Below are positions 35,161-49,300 of a DNA stretch of 64,000 nt, in pieces (positions within the stretch are counted from its first letter, which is position 1; every line of letters begins with the position of its first letter). Where the stretch lies: NCBI GenBank assembly GCA_964035545.1, contig OZ037767.1, positions 10,984,581 to 11,048,580 on the forward strand, in the 5' to 3' direction. This DNA is from Bugula neritina (lineage: Eukaryota; Animalia; Bryozoa). The notes beneath the pieces are model-generated. The model was not told where the DNA came from and did no database searches. It saw nothing but the letters and a program-made list of their open reading frames with translations. The position numbers and the translations under genes are program-made.

Positions 35161-38100
35161 TCTGCACTAGTAGTAATATCACCAACAGTTAGTAGCAGTA
35201 TGATAGCCATGAACTAGTAGTAGTGGGTGTACCTATTGATAGTTATATAAGTACTGTAAGCCCATCCAGGTCAACATTATCATGCACAAAGTCACTGTTT
35301 CTATAAATGTTATCACTCTCAGCTAGTGACTTATTCACCACAATCGGACCACCATATATATCACTTGTAGTTACCAATGGTGAGTTCATTACCACTAAAT
35401 GATTACATTGCATCATTGTTGAACTTGCTAGCACATGTGGGGCACTTGCATACATGGGGCACTTGCTAGCAGATGACATCTCTCTGATCTCATGTCACAA
35501 CAAGTTCAATTTACCCAACCAGCACGTGATGCGTGATGTCATCAGTTGATGAGTTGGAGAGATGGTGGGGGCACCTGTGAGGCACTTGCAAGACACATAT
35601 AACATAAAACATTAACCTAGGGCACTGCCTTCAACACTCACTACCATCATGTACATTCTCATAGGACTTCATCACCAATTAGCAATGACGCAATAACTAT
35701 TAGCTCACACCATTCCTATTTCATTAAAACTGCAACACCAGTTTCTAGAATCAGAAATCAACAAAATGCACCTATTTGGAAATTCAGCCAATCAGAACAA
35801 AATTGTCAAAAATCTACTTCGCCAGCAATGCTAAATACTTATTGCATAACATGCACATGTAAAAACCAGTTCTGAAACTGAAACTAGTAAATTAGGACTC
35901 CTTTCACTGTTTAGTAAATGGGCTGAACTTTTAACCTCAAAGACTAGAGTTTCTACTAAAACCTCAAGATGGTATATATATATAGTGAGAAGAAAGCTCA
36001 TCTAAACTACTCATGTGACCCACTAAGTGTTGCCCACTAAAAAGTAAACAATGACCAACCTGAAACAGTTTCAGGTTTCATGTTCCACGGCTGTATCTCC
36101 CATTCACCGCAACAGAAATTCTCTCCAGATTCCGAGAACAAACTAGAGTGAAAAGAGAGGTGGGTTTTTGAACAATTGATAGAAACATTGTAGTATTTCT
36201 TAAGCTAGAAAAAATTAGTACAAAAATTGCATCAACATTAGATTTTAGTAATACAACATGAGAGAGACACTTCAAATTTATGTCTTAAAGTGCTAAAACC
36301 ACACGGCAGGTTGCTAGTCACAAATTATACGTCCACATTAAAATAAATGAATATATTCCTAATAATACTCAAGCAGATAAAAACTAATTTAGAATTGATG
36401 TATCTTAGTAGTATTTCAAATGAAAATGATAGAAAAAAAGGTCACAGCATATATTAGTATATTGTAATAGTCAGCAATCTAGCATGGCAACTAGGGAGTT
36501 CATGGTGACTCATTAAGATTATACAGGCTATATATTTATAATACCATTCATGTCTGACATGACTTTGCTGGGCAAAACTCTTTCACTCATCACTTGCTTC
36601 ACGATACTAATAACATAAACATGTAGTGGGCCATTGAATATGGGTTTTCTTGGGGACTTACAGTACCACATCAACGCAGTGGCATTGTCTATACTCTAAG
36701 GCCTACGCCAATCATAAGCAGTATGGAGACTACATGTACAATAGTTGATTAGGTGGCACATTAATCACACTGAGTAATATAAGATTTAGACTCAATTTCT
36801 CACTACTTCGAGTTGATTAGTAAATGGCTTAAAAAGAATAGATGATACAGTCAGAATATAATTCTACTCATAGTGACTTTATTCGAACAAATCTACATGT
36901 AGGCAGGCATTTAAGTATAAAGATTTCAACCCCTAATGAAGGCAAAAACATTCATCTGGAAATCAGATGAATAAATTATTTCAATATTCCGCAATGTACT
37001 ATCATAACTACAACAACTTACCTCCCTTAAATTTCTGTGCACCTATATCGTTGGTGGACCAATATATCTCAACATTGCATTGGAAGTAGTTTCAGGTCCC
37101 CAGTCAAACATTTTTTTTAAAAATCTGGAACAAATGGATTGAATTATGTACACCAGCTGAGCTTAGACATTAAAACCTTCATAGTTAAAAAAATTGCTCA
37201 GCCTAAATAATTTAAAAAAAAAATTAATTTGTAATTAAAATTAAAACAAAAACTTTCCATACCAAGGAAATAAAATTAACATAAACAATTTGAATTAATA
37301 TTATATAACCCAACCATAAACAACCATCAATATGATAGTTAGTATTCAAAATAAATATTTCAATTTAGTTCTAATATTTATTAATTTAAAATTATATAAT
37401 ATTCCAATACCTAATATTTTAGTCAATATTATTTGAATAAAAAGTAAAACTAGCAAAATTAAATAATTGATTCATTTTTTCTTTGTGTTCAGAAATAACT
37501 AGCAAATAATTACAATAAATATCCTACTCTATAGGCAACAAAAAGACAGCAGATGTTCACCATTGAGTAATAAACTAAATTGGTTAAATATAGCAGTTAC
37601 TTAACTGATACAATGGCCATATTTGCAAAACCTTTTAATTCTTACAATTATTATGTCTAATAGTAATAGTAATAGTAATAGTAATTATTAATTCAAAATA
37701 ACCAATCAAAGTTCAAAGGCAGCCGTATTCTACCAATGACACTAATAGAAAAATACTACAAATAAACCTAATTTAACAACTGATGATAGAATTAAAAAAT
37801 AACAATACTTTTTGCAGTTTGTAGAAAAGTGAATGAACAAACTTTTGGAAAAGCCACCACATGAGAGGAAATAAAAAACTTTCTGCTGAACTGAATGTTG
37901 TTCACGGTCATGGTGATATTAAAGCTCAGATACCAATAGTTATAGTGAAAGTTACATAATCATAATGATAATAAAATTAAGTAATAATGCGAAAATATTT
38001 GAGTTACTATTAGTATTAGTATCAGATTACTACTAGTACTACTATAAGTATTATTCATTTATTGCCAGAGGTATATACTCAAATATTATTTAACTGGCAT

Positions 38101-39771
38101 TTAGTACCACAAACTGGCACTGACTTACAGTTACTAATATTAATACTCCACGACCTCAATCCTACTTAATAAAACGTAACTTGAAAATAAACAATTAACA
38201 AATGATCAAATTTGGGGGAGCCAAGCGAAGCTTTCCCTCAAATTTTATGTTGCAAACAAATTGAGTTTGACAATGGTTGGCATAGTCATACTTATATTAT
38301 ACTGATACGGAAAATCAAAATGAAAATGATTTATTTATAATTATTTTAAAACTAAAAATAAAAGTATAACTAAAAGTAAAAGCTTCAACTTCAAAACTCA
38401 AGAATAACTTAGGCTTAGCCACTGTGACTGAGAAACAGAAAAGAATTACCGATCAGAAATATATATTCTTAAGCAAAAGCGTTTTATTCTTTGTCGCTAA
38501 AATCAGGTGATATAAACATAAATGTTAAAACTTTCACGTTGTGCTTTGTGGGCAAAATCTAGGCATCCAGTTGGCATTTGCATCAGCTGATTGAGTTGTC
38601 GGCGTGTGTTTTGGTGTTTGTTGACATACGCAGCTGATAAAAATTCAATCAAAATATACTCTCGTTAGTAAGAGGTGTTTTATGTCGTTTCGCAAATTAG
38701 TTAATTACTTTTACCAGAATTTAGTCTATAATTTGTTTAACGAGAGTTGTCTACTTAACTATAAATATCTAACATACTTACATCGGCCAAACTAACATTT
38801 GGAAAAACTATAATTTCTGTTTGTTAAAAACAATTTTTAAAAATATAATTTTTTGTGAACATTTTTTTTCAACAGTCAAACTTTTTGCAAATAGGAATAA
38901 TATAAATTTCAAAATGAAGAAAAACCGAGCTAATATATGTTTAAAAGTTTTCCGTTGTTAAAGTTTCATACAACTAGTGCCCTACACTGCCTACAGCTTC
39001 GAAGTATAATTTAATTTTATAGTAATACTAATAGTGTCAGCATGCACAGTGATAATCATTGATTGACATAATATATTTGCACCGTACATACAAACTGAAG
39101 CTACAACTGAATCGAAGATTTTAGATGTATGGTAATTATTATTATATAAATTTCCTGGCCATGAAATTGAAAATGAATGGTCTTAGAAATAAGCCAATAA
39201 CTATAAGTTAAGTATAACTATAAGTATGACATTATGATTAAATTTAACTTAAACTGAAGTTAAGGTTGAACTAATACTAAAACATTTTTATTTAGTTTTG
39301 CATCATCATCAGTTGATGTTATGAGTTAACAATAACTTATTAACTATAAGTATAACTTATACTTATATAATAAGTTATAGTTATAGTTATTGTATAGCAT
39401 TGACTATAAGTTACACCAAGTGACTTAGAATTAGTCTTACTGTTAGTGAGTATAACTATACGTGTTACGGTGTTAGTATATAGCTATAGCTTATAAGGTA
39501 TAACAGTATAAGTATAACATTAACTCAGTTACTCACTATGACTATAACTATTACATTCAGTATAAGTCTAAGATTAAGTCAATATGAATAGAATAGTAAT
39601 ATGAAATAGAAACTGAATACTAATAGTAATAGTGATAGTAATACTAATATGAATATTTATATAATATTGAGGACCATGGGCCATGGCATTGAGAATGAGT
39701 GATTTAGACTCTTGGGGTTAATAATATTATTGTATTTACTATTTATTTTTAATTTTATACTCATGCTTAAA

Positions 39772-40045
39772 AGGACAGGAAAGCATCACCAAGGCATGGT
39801 CTTAGCTTGGCCTTCAGCCTCTCAAACAGAGGCACAGGACTCGTCTACTAAATCTTCTCATGGAAATCTTGCAGGAAAAAGAACAACACTTAATATTAGC
39901 CAAGGCATATGATGAAATCACACGGAATTGCCAAAATATGTTGATCATCATTAGAAGTGCTGCTCGCGGTAACCTAACATCTATTGTATGCGTAAACTCA
40001 TCAGTATAACATGGTAGTTTCTTACCAAGAACTGTTAGAGACACG
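39772..40045 (+). mobile_element. 5'-truncated, decayed LINE (CR1/L2-like) ORF2 C-terminal remnant
   Basis: One frame reads SITKAWS*LGLQPLKQRHRTRLLNLLMEIL...*HGSFLPRTVRD, matching the end-of-ORF2 motifs L.L..L..RR...RL and SFFPRT.RDWN. Confidence 0.6.
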
Positions 40046-41029
40046 TATAAAAATAATTAGCGCAGTTTCTACTAAACCTGTAGTCAAATTCCACACTGTA
40101 AAACAAATGAGGCACTTCTATAACGTTGAGTGTCCCCAAGTGTTTGATATCTTCGAAGGTATTCAGAGGTATCTTAGTATGACTATCATTATGAGTAAAT
40201 CATTATCATATCAATAACTTAAGAAATAAGTAAATTTCCTTTTAGTTTTTAAAATAATTTAACTTATAGTCACTAAATTAAATACTATCCGTCAAATATA
40301 AAATTCAGCAGTAGGAATATATATATAATCATAAAAATAAATTTTGTTTCATCATAAAAGTTATAATATTAATAGTATTTAGGCTTGTTATAGAGTTCAT
40401 GGTGTCAGTATATCATTTTGATGTAGTCTAGCCACTGGCATAGTCGAAACATTTATAATATTAACAATAATAATCACATTTTTCTAATGGCAATGGTAAT
40501 ACAAATAGTATATTGATGGTAATAGTCATAACTACTAATTTTCTGATAGGTTATAGCATCATCATGTTAATTCTGGATACAAAGATTAAATTGTTAACCA
40601 TACTTATAAGATCTATATAAAAATAGCATGCAAACATAATATTAGAATATAGAGATGATCTCTTGTCTTACACATTGTATTATATTGTATTTATTCAACC
40701 AAACACAACACTGGCTGTTATTGATTATGAGTTTTCCATGTATTCACGCCAGCTTGAATCTGGCTTGTTCGAGATATAAAAACAGGTCAAACAACACACA
40801 AATCGTGATCTCAATTGCTCTGAGCCAGTCGGTCTGCAGTTCACGCTCATTTCAATCTTATGCCAATCAATTCAAGTTGATCTCAGCTGAACAGTTTGCT
40901 TGTAGACAAAATAAATAGAAATGGCAAGCTGCCTGTGAGAAAGTAATAAAAATGCAAAGTTATTTTAAGGCCATTGTAGATTATAACTCACTCAAGTCAT
41001 GTTTGTTATCATCTAGTGCTCACTCTAAG

Positions 41030-41480
41030 CAGGGTTGGGGTAATTGCAATGTGTAATTGTAATTGGTTGTAATTAATTACATTTTTTTCAAATGATTGAA
41101 TGTAATTTGTGATTGATGTATAAAAATGTAATTATAATTAATTACACAGCTTAGGTAATTGATTTTTACAATTACTTTATAATTACAGTTACTTTAAATT
41201 TTTAAATCTTATAAAATTCATACTTTTCTTACCACGCTTACTGTGTAATAAAAAGTTCAGATTAATTAAATGTAGTATTGTATCACCCTGTTATTAATTG
41301 TTGAGAACAAAGAAAGTTCTTCGATGTCAAAATTGCTTGGATAGCTGGAGCCCAGAAGTGAGATTATATAACTTCTATCTATTCCTTGTGAAACCAATTG
41401 TAGTTGTAATTAATTACATCACCATGTAATTGTAATTAATATAATTAATTTTGAACTGTAATTATAATTGTAATGACTCT
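41030..41480. mobile_element. Putative hAT-type non-autonomous element rich in GTAATT/AATTAC subterminal repeats
   Basis: Begins CAGGGTTGGGGTAATT; dense TGTAATT repeats at both ends; right terminus degenerate. Confidence 0.45.
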
Positions 41481-41910
41481 AAGCCAATGCTCTAAAAATT
41501 ATACAACTCTTGGTGCTAAATGTATATAATGGTAATTAATCAAAGTATTTAAACCTCTTTTAGTATGGTATTTAAATAATTATTTTTCACAGGTTTTTTT
41601 TGAGATCGTGAACAAGCGTTGCAATTAAAATCTTTAATCACAAACCAGTAATTTAAAGTTTTAGAAATTTACCCATTATGTTATACTGAACGAAAATACA
41701 GCTAAATTTGTCATCAAAATGTATAATTCTGATTATTCTAAAAGTGCCTTGGAAACATAAATGTGAAGAATAAATCTAGCTTCATTATTTCTGTGTTGAA
41801 TTAAAATAAAGTGATGTTTTTGCCGATAATAAGTAAAGAAAATGAGCAATCTTGACTCATTTATGTTTATTCATTTAGCCTGTGTGATTTAGGTTATGTG
41901 AAGCTGACCA

Positions 41911-44900
41911 ATGTACCGCAATGCAAAACATGGACCTCCATGGAAAGTCTTATTCTTTGGAACTGACCATTTCTCCTTACCAATATTGAAAGCACTGCAC
42001 GTAGAATTACTAAAAAAGTAAGTTTATCTTTTTTCTTATGAATGATTCAATGAAAGTCAAACAGTACTTATGGAATGAAACCTGCTGTGCGTTACAGGTT
42101 TTTGCTCATCAACTGATATTAATGATATATTTATATTAATAGGTATCTTCCTTTTCGTACAGACTCTGTAGTGAGCAGATTAGAAGTGGTCACTAAATCT
42201 TCACCTGTAAGTTACCAAATTGAGACTAGTATTTGTTGTTACGATATATATATATATATATATTTGGTATTGATACTATTTCGGATATAATAACTTATTT
42301 ATTCATTTTATCGATTACAAATGTGTTTCACGTAGTGCAAGCTACGCTCATCAGGTCGTTGTGTATGTACATGTATATATATAGCCTATGTTGTAATATT
42401 TATTGTTTTAGAATGATGTAAGCAAATTCGTGGCAGAGAACTCTACAGATCTGGTGCACCATGTCTGGCCAGATTTGGACATCACTCCAGGCAAGTTTGA
42501 TGTTGGAGTCATCGCCTCTTTTGGTAAACTAATCCCCAAGAAGCTGATTGACATGTTTCCACGGTATGATCTCACAAAGGTTGTACTGTTTGATGGTGTG
42601 ATATATTGTATAAGTGGTTATAGCATGGCTGGATGGTTTCAGAGGTGTCTGATGTTTAATGCGAGGAGCTCTCACATGCCCCACCTGGTGACCATATTTT
42701 ACGTAGCTCAAGTTCAAGATTGTATGACCCAGGTTTCTTCAAATTAGTCTGGTTTACTCTTATTAGGTTTCGACGTGAAAGCGCTGTAATCAGATTAGAT
42801 ATTCACCTGTGTACGAGCACATTTCATCATTTTTTCTGGCAGCTTCTTATTAAGTATTTTATTCAGGTTTGTGTCTATTGTACATATTGTATTCTTATTT
42901 CTTATGTTTGCTCATGGTGTGAGCTCAAAGGCGAATATGGTCTAACTAGAAATTTACTATTTGTCATATTTGCTAGTGATTAGCTTGAGTCATATTTGTG
43001 AGTCATGTATACAAGGGGGAAGAAGAGGCCTCCACGAGTCATGTGTTGCGCGTTGTATTCTCTATTACAGCAGCTTGAATAAATATTTATCATGAGTGAA
43101 AATTGCAAAAACTACTCTGTTTTTGCTCTATGTCTTTAATATATTTTATATTTTATACTATATGGAATTGTAAGCTTAAAACAGATATGTCACTCACTCC
43201 CAACCTACTAGCCTTTCCTCAATTTTCTACACATGTTTATGATAGCCTTGACCGAAGTTCTAGACTGAGCTATTAGAGATTTATCCTCCCTCAAAATTGT
43301 CTGATCAGTTCAACCAAATACTTTCAATTTATTTCACTAATATTTGCACTATACACACTTACCATCTACAGCATTCCATAGCTATTACTTCAGTTGAGGT
43401 ACCTTGTTTGAAGCTCGGAGTTTCCTAGAAGAGTGGATGACTCCTAATTTAGCAGTTTTCAGCATGGATAATTTGGTACTGGCTAAATTAAACACTAAAA
43501 TGTACCTCAATCTATTATAGACTAAACTAGTGTTTTATATTTTATCTAGCGGTATTCTGAATGTGCATCCTAGTCTGTTGCCTCGATGGCGTGGATGCGC
43601 CCCCATCCCATACACCATACTGGCGGGAGACCAGGTTACCGGCGTGACAATTCAACAAATTCGACCTCACAGGTACAGAGCAGGTTTCTTATCTTTTACT
43701 AAAGAGAGTTGATTGTTGCAACTGGTTGTGGTGTGACATACAAATGTTGTTGCTTTGCTAGATTCGACGTCGGGCCAATAGTCAGTCAGACAGAAGTCAG
43801 AGTACCTCCAGCAGTCACTTCACGGGAGTTGTGTGATCTTCTGTCTATGGAAGGAGCAAGCTTGGTGAGTTTACATCTCTGTATGCTACTCAGGAGTAAA
43901 GTTTACAGTTTGTATGTCATGTATAATGTTACCAAATGATAATGTATTGTCTATACAATTCTGTAGCTTCAGTTATTTTCTTTTTATTTTTCAATCAAAT
44001 AATAATGGTAATTCTTGAGTAGAACAAATTTACTACTGCTGTTGCTGATACTACTACTGCCAACTACTACAAACTACTATAAACTGCTGCTACTGGCATG
44101 CATACTACTTTTAGCACTAATACTATTGAGGATGACAACTACTCAAAGGTCACTGTTTACCTCTCTGTTTACCTCTTCAGTATTTTTCATGTTAGATTGT
44201 TGAAACACTAAGGGATCTGCAACACTTGGAGGACGTTGAGGTGGACCAAGATGATGAATCTGCTACATATGGTTTGTTCTGCCCATATTTTGGGTTATCA
44301 TTCAGTTGTATAACAGTTGCATTAGTTGGTACTAGCGGTACATATATGATCACACAGAACTGCGATGCCTGAAAAATGAGGAGTTGGGAGTTGAGTCACC
44401 TTGGTCTATACAAGTGTACCTAATAGAAATAATATAATGCATGTTACAGCTGTGCTCGCGGCTCATTCTGAATTGTTAGGTATAGACATACGGTGAAAGC
44501 GTTAGCTTTATTTAAATCGATAGCTCATTGTTCTCTTCTGTCTCTTTCAGCTCCTAAAATACACTCAAAAGATATTCGTCTCTGGATTGACTGGAACAAT
44601 GAGACCTGCAAACAGATTGATAGGAAGTTCAGAGCTCTTCAAGATCTGGTATTCTCTAATTGCTTGCAATAATCCTTACTTCTCTCTATTTCAGTTCATA
44701 AAGTTTATTAACTATGGACCATCTCCATCTCCTTTAGCGTCCATGCTTACTATTAGGTTTTTAGCTTACAATTTCATTTTTGTTGGGCACACACTAGACT
44801 TATTTTGCAACTAACTGTTTAAATAAACTGAATTTAACTGATCAACATGAAGCTCTAAAACTGGTATTATTATTGCTATCCTCTTGTTTTTCACCATAAT

Positions 44901-45817
44901 TTTGACCTTTGACCCTGTAACAAATGGTTGCTAAGCAGGAAAGTAGCATCATCTATGCCAGTTGTAAAAATTGGAAAAATTAAACATTTTGATATACATA
45001 ATTATATAACTCCTGGTTGTTCATTTTCTAAAGCTTCCTTCGAATATAATATGAATGTCTATTCAAACAAAACAGTTGGTGCATGGCTGGAATCTCAATG
45101 AAGATATTTCCAATATAACTGAATTGGACATGGTACTCCAGCTAAATCTATATTTATTAAATAGTTCGTTCTCATATGAAGTGTTCTATCTCTACTACCC
45201 GATGTTACAGCACGATATCAAGTCCTATTTTGGCGACCTAAAGGTGAGACTGAGAAATGCAGTGCCGATGCAGGACCTGTGGTGGTACACTCTAAGGGAC
45301 AAGTACATGGCCAGTAGGCCAGGTTCTGCTGTTTACATCAAGTCCAAGGGATGTGTTGTCATCCAGTGTAAGGTGAATAGCTATGCTCTGTTACCCTAAA
45401 TACTTTTCTGTGCATTGCTTACATTGAATCATATTTGTATGTATGCCATTCTTTTGCTACCTTGCATACCTTTCTTTTACTACCTTATATACCTTTCTAT
45501 GCATTATTTTGAGATATTTTGTATTGAATTATGTTTTTACCTAATTGAGCTATACATTGTGACATTTTCATTTGCTTTGTGTGCATTAGGATGGTTTAGT
45601 CGGCATAAGAGATGTGGTGGTTAAAAAGCCTCTAACAGCTATATCCTTCCACAATGGGTACTTATCTAAACCAGAGCTGAAATACACAAGGTTCAGCAAC
45701 ACCAAACTGATAGAGGAGAAAGCATTACAAATACCAAATCGGCAGGACTGTATGGCTATGGAGAAATACTGGCACCGTCAGCTCATGCGTTTGTCTTCCG
45801 GGTTGCCAGATGGTTGA
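41911..45817 (+). CDS. MTFMT: Mitochondrial methionyl-tRNA formyltransferase, multi-exon
   Basis: [14 protein letters not shown]; [14 protein letters not shown]; [31 protein letters not shown]; FDVGPI; APKI...IDW; PGS; [10 protein letters not shown]. Confidence 0.93.
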
Positions 45818-46383
45818 CCATTAAATGGAGCTGTAATTGCTGCCCTATGGTGTTATACACCGACACGTCAGGAGGTTTGTGTACATAGCAGAAGGCCAAA
45901 GCACAATCACCATAGACACAAGCCAAGTCTATCTTGTGACCGAGTAATGGCATGTGCATAGCAAAGACTTTACAATTAGATAGGAAATTAACACTAAAAT
46001 GTCTCCCAAACAATAGTCTAGACAACCAATTTAGGTGGTTGTGGTGTGTTCAACATGCTTGTGAATATTATCAATTGGAATTTTTATGTATTGACCTTAT
46101 TTAAATATTTGTTTATACTAAATTACATCATTTACTTGTGCATCTATTCTCTAACCAAGAAATCTAGTTCATAGGTATAATATTACAAAAAAAATTTATT
46201 TAAAAAAAATATGTGTGCAAAACGTAATATTGGTGGATTGAGATTACTAATGTTAACAATACATCAAACAAGCAGCATTTCTTTCAGTAGGTAAACTATG
46301 CCTACACATTGTAACACATTTGTGAATGTGATGTATAGCCACAATAAGAAACTTGAGAATAAAACCAGATGAGTCATGATTTC

Positions 46384-49300
46384 TCAGGCAGACATCTCAT
46401 TGCGCTCACTGCTACACGCCGGACAGGAATGTAGCATTTCATGAACAAACAAGTCACAGTCTAAACAGTAAAAGTTTCCACAAGCTGGACATGAGAACAC
46501 CTGTAAAATACATTCAAACATTACAACTGTAGGCTGTAACATGTATGCATTGTAGTTGGCATTTTGTGAGATAGACACATTGATAAATCATCATGCACAA
46601 AATAAAATATAATTACAAGAAAACAGAAAAGGCGGCTGCCAGCGGTGGAAAATTATTTCTTATTTAAATACCAGACTAGATTTGAAAGCTCAACTTACTG
46701 GAAGTTCCTTTAAAGGTTCCAGACATCCTGAACATTGTCTATAACAGAAAGAAAAATGATTCAATGATAATAGAAGTGAAGCACAGTGACTAAGATGACT
46801 GGTTAGCTAACGAGGAAGTAAAATGACACTGTCACCCGCCTTCACACCAAACAAAGAAGCTGCAAGCAATACATAACCACCCGCCACAACCTCTTTGGTT
46901 AGCTAACCGAGCTGCTACGTGTCTCTACAGGGTAGGGATCTGCAGGCTAGCAGCAATGGGAGGTTAGAAATAGATGTTCCTAAGAGCTGATTCCCAAATA
47001 CACAATTCTCTAGCAGCAACTGAGACCAGGGCATATCCTGGGTAATACCTCAAAATCTTGGGCAATAATCTGGATACCCTGGGTGATACCTGAATACCCT
47101 GAGCAATACCCTGGATATCCTGAGCAATACCCTGGATATCCAGGCTATTGCTCAGGATATCCTGGTTTAATATGTCTTGAGAGATTGGAAGCTGCTAATG
47201 TTTTAGATTTAATTCGTAGCATAATAAAGCTAGAACTTCAGTCTTCGCTAATAGCAAACTATTTTCTGCAGATTATTCTGGGCTTGAGGCTGCCTAAATG
47301 GGAATAGGAGAACAGCATGCACTTGCTAGTTGCTACAATGTATCAGCTCCACCACCACCTGCAGATCATTTGTTATTCAATATTTCTCACCTAAACTTTG
47401 AATTACTTGTGCTACAACCATCCAACATTGAGCATGTAAAACTGTATTTGAAATCTTAATTTTAATTGGTCAAATAAGAGCCACTGTTGCAGAAAAACTT
47501 TAGCCAAATACATTCAAAATCTCTGAAGTGAATTGAAATAAAAATATACGTGGGAGGCTTTACTGCTATAAAAATGGGCTTTAAAATATGGCAGGCAGCA
47601 ATCGTACTGAGTATAAGTTCTCCATTTGTGTATTTTGCATGCAGTGAATGCCTCCAGCAAAAAGCGCACAGTAGGTTTTGGGCAGTTCATTTTAACCACA
47701 TGCAAAATACAAGGAAATAGCGAGCTACATTCGATATGGTAGTCGGTTCATCATCCTAATTCTACACAATCGAATATTGGAGAACGCAAATGATAATATG
47801 AATAAAGCTTGACAAAGCAATTATAGGTTCGTTTATACCTTAACAGAGTCGAACGTTACTATTGGAAAGTTATTTTTCCCATCAATATGATTTTAATGAG
47901 TTTCTGTAAAGGGGTTCTTGAATGAGTAAAATTAAAAAAACTTGGTACTTTTTGGTGAAGGTATAAACACACCTTTAAATCAAAACCAAATTGTCAAACT
48001 GCTTTCTGATCCTGGAAGCAGTTCATCTGTAATACTGCCTCGCAACCTAAGCTTTAGAATGGTGTGTACTATTATGGTAATATGACATATGTGTTGTCAA
48101 ATTAAAGCCTAGTTTCCAACACAACATACCTCAGTGGGTCAGGTGGGAGGGTAGTGTGTTCTTCAAAAGGTTTAATAGGAAAAAGGTGGTGATATGACCT
48201 TGCTAAATGAGGGGCAGACACCAATATCAAACCTACAACATTGTTTATAGTTTTTATAGGGTTGATGGGAATCAATTCATGTGGTTTATAGTGGCATCCT
48301 AAAAGAGTTGACAAAAATCGTATATCATAAACACAGTCAAGTTTAAAATTAAAACCAACTAAAGTCATTTGCATCGTGAATTGTCATTCAATGTAGTGCT
48401 TTGAACAATATAGCAAGTTGTAGTAAACGCTACACTTAGGAAAGAGTAAGTTACACTCTGTACTTACCACATATTTGACATTCGACTGGCAGTTCACAGT
48501 ATTTGGACTGACACTGGGGGCAAATGTAACCCTTGTTACTGAGAGTTGAACCTTCCTTAGAGTCTTGATGGCTGCCAAATAGAAGAGACAAACCGTTGAC
48601 TAGTGATAACTGGAGTATGTGAAGTTATAGCATCTGATATTAGACAGTTACAGTGCACTTGGCTATTCTGAATTCATCTTTATTTCAGTGACATAATACA
48701 GCAGTCTCCTCAGAACTCAACTCAATTACTGTTGAATAAAATGTATATACAATGCATTTTATTCATAGGGGGACAGTTTGTTATTTTTATGTATGTATAA
48801 AAATATATGTGTGTGCGTGTGAGGGGTGTATTTATAATTAACATCTATAATTCATTATTATATGATTATATAAATTTATTAGTAATTATCAGTATCCTAT
48901 AATAAAGCATCCATACTGTTTTACATACAAATAAACCACCTACCAAACACACATGGATGGCTTTTCTCTCCCTGTTACGCTGTAGTGGCTGGGAAAACCC
49001 ATTTTGATAAGAGATGATTCCACATTACTCTGTAACCAGATAGACAAAACAACTTCAACTCAAACCAGCTATAAGAATTAGCAGAATTATAAAACTCAAT
49101 AGTTAATAGCAAAATTGTTGGCCTCCAAAAACATAAGTGGGTCATTTTATTTAATTTAGTACACACTGGAAATTTCCAGTTTTAGCTACTTTTTTCAATT
49201 TAGCTGCTAATGAACATGGGTTTTTACCCAAAACTAGTAACGTAACGGTACGCAATTCAAATTAGCTAAATAATTAGGAAAAAACATGGGAAATCAAGCA

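Noticed and set aside
30500-39700. Short ORFs in the long region upstream of ATOS
   Set aside because: No protein motifs; consistent with introns, 5' UTR exons and regulatory DNA.
42035-42120. Possible C/D snoRNA in an MTFMT intron (CTGA near the end, internal hairpin)
   Set aside because: No convincing C box, terminal stem or recognisable rRNA guide.
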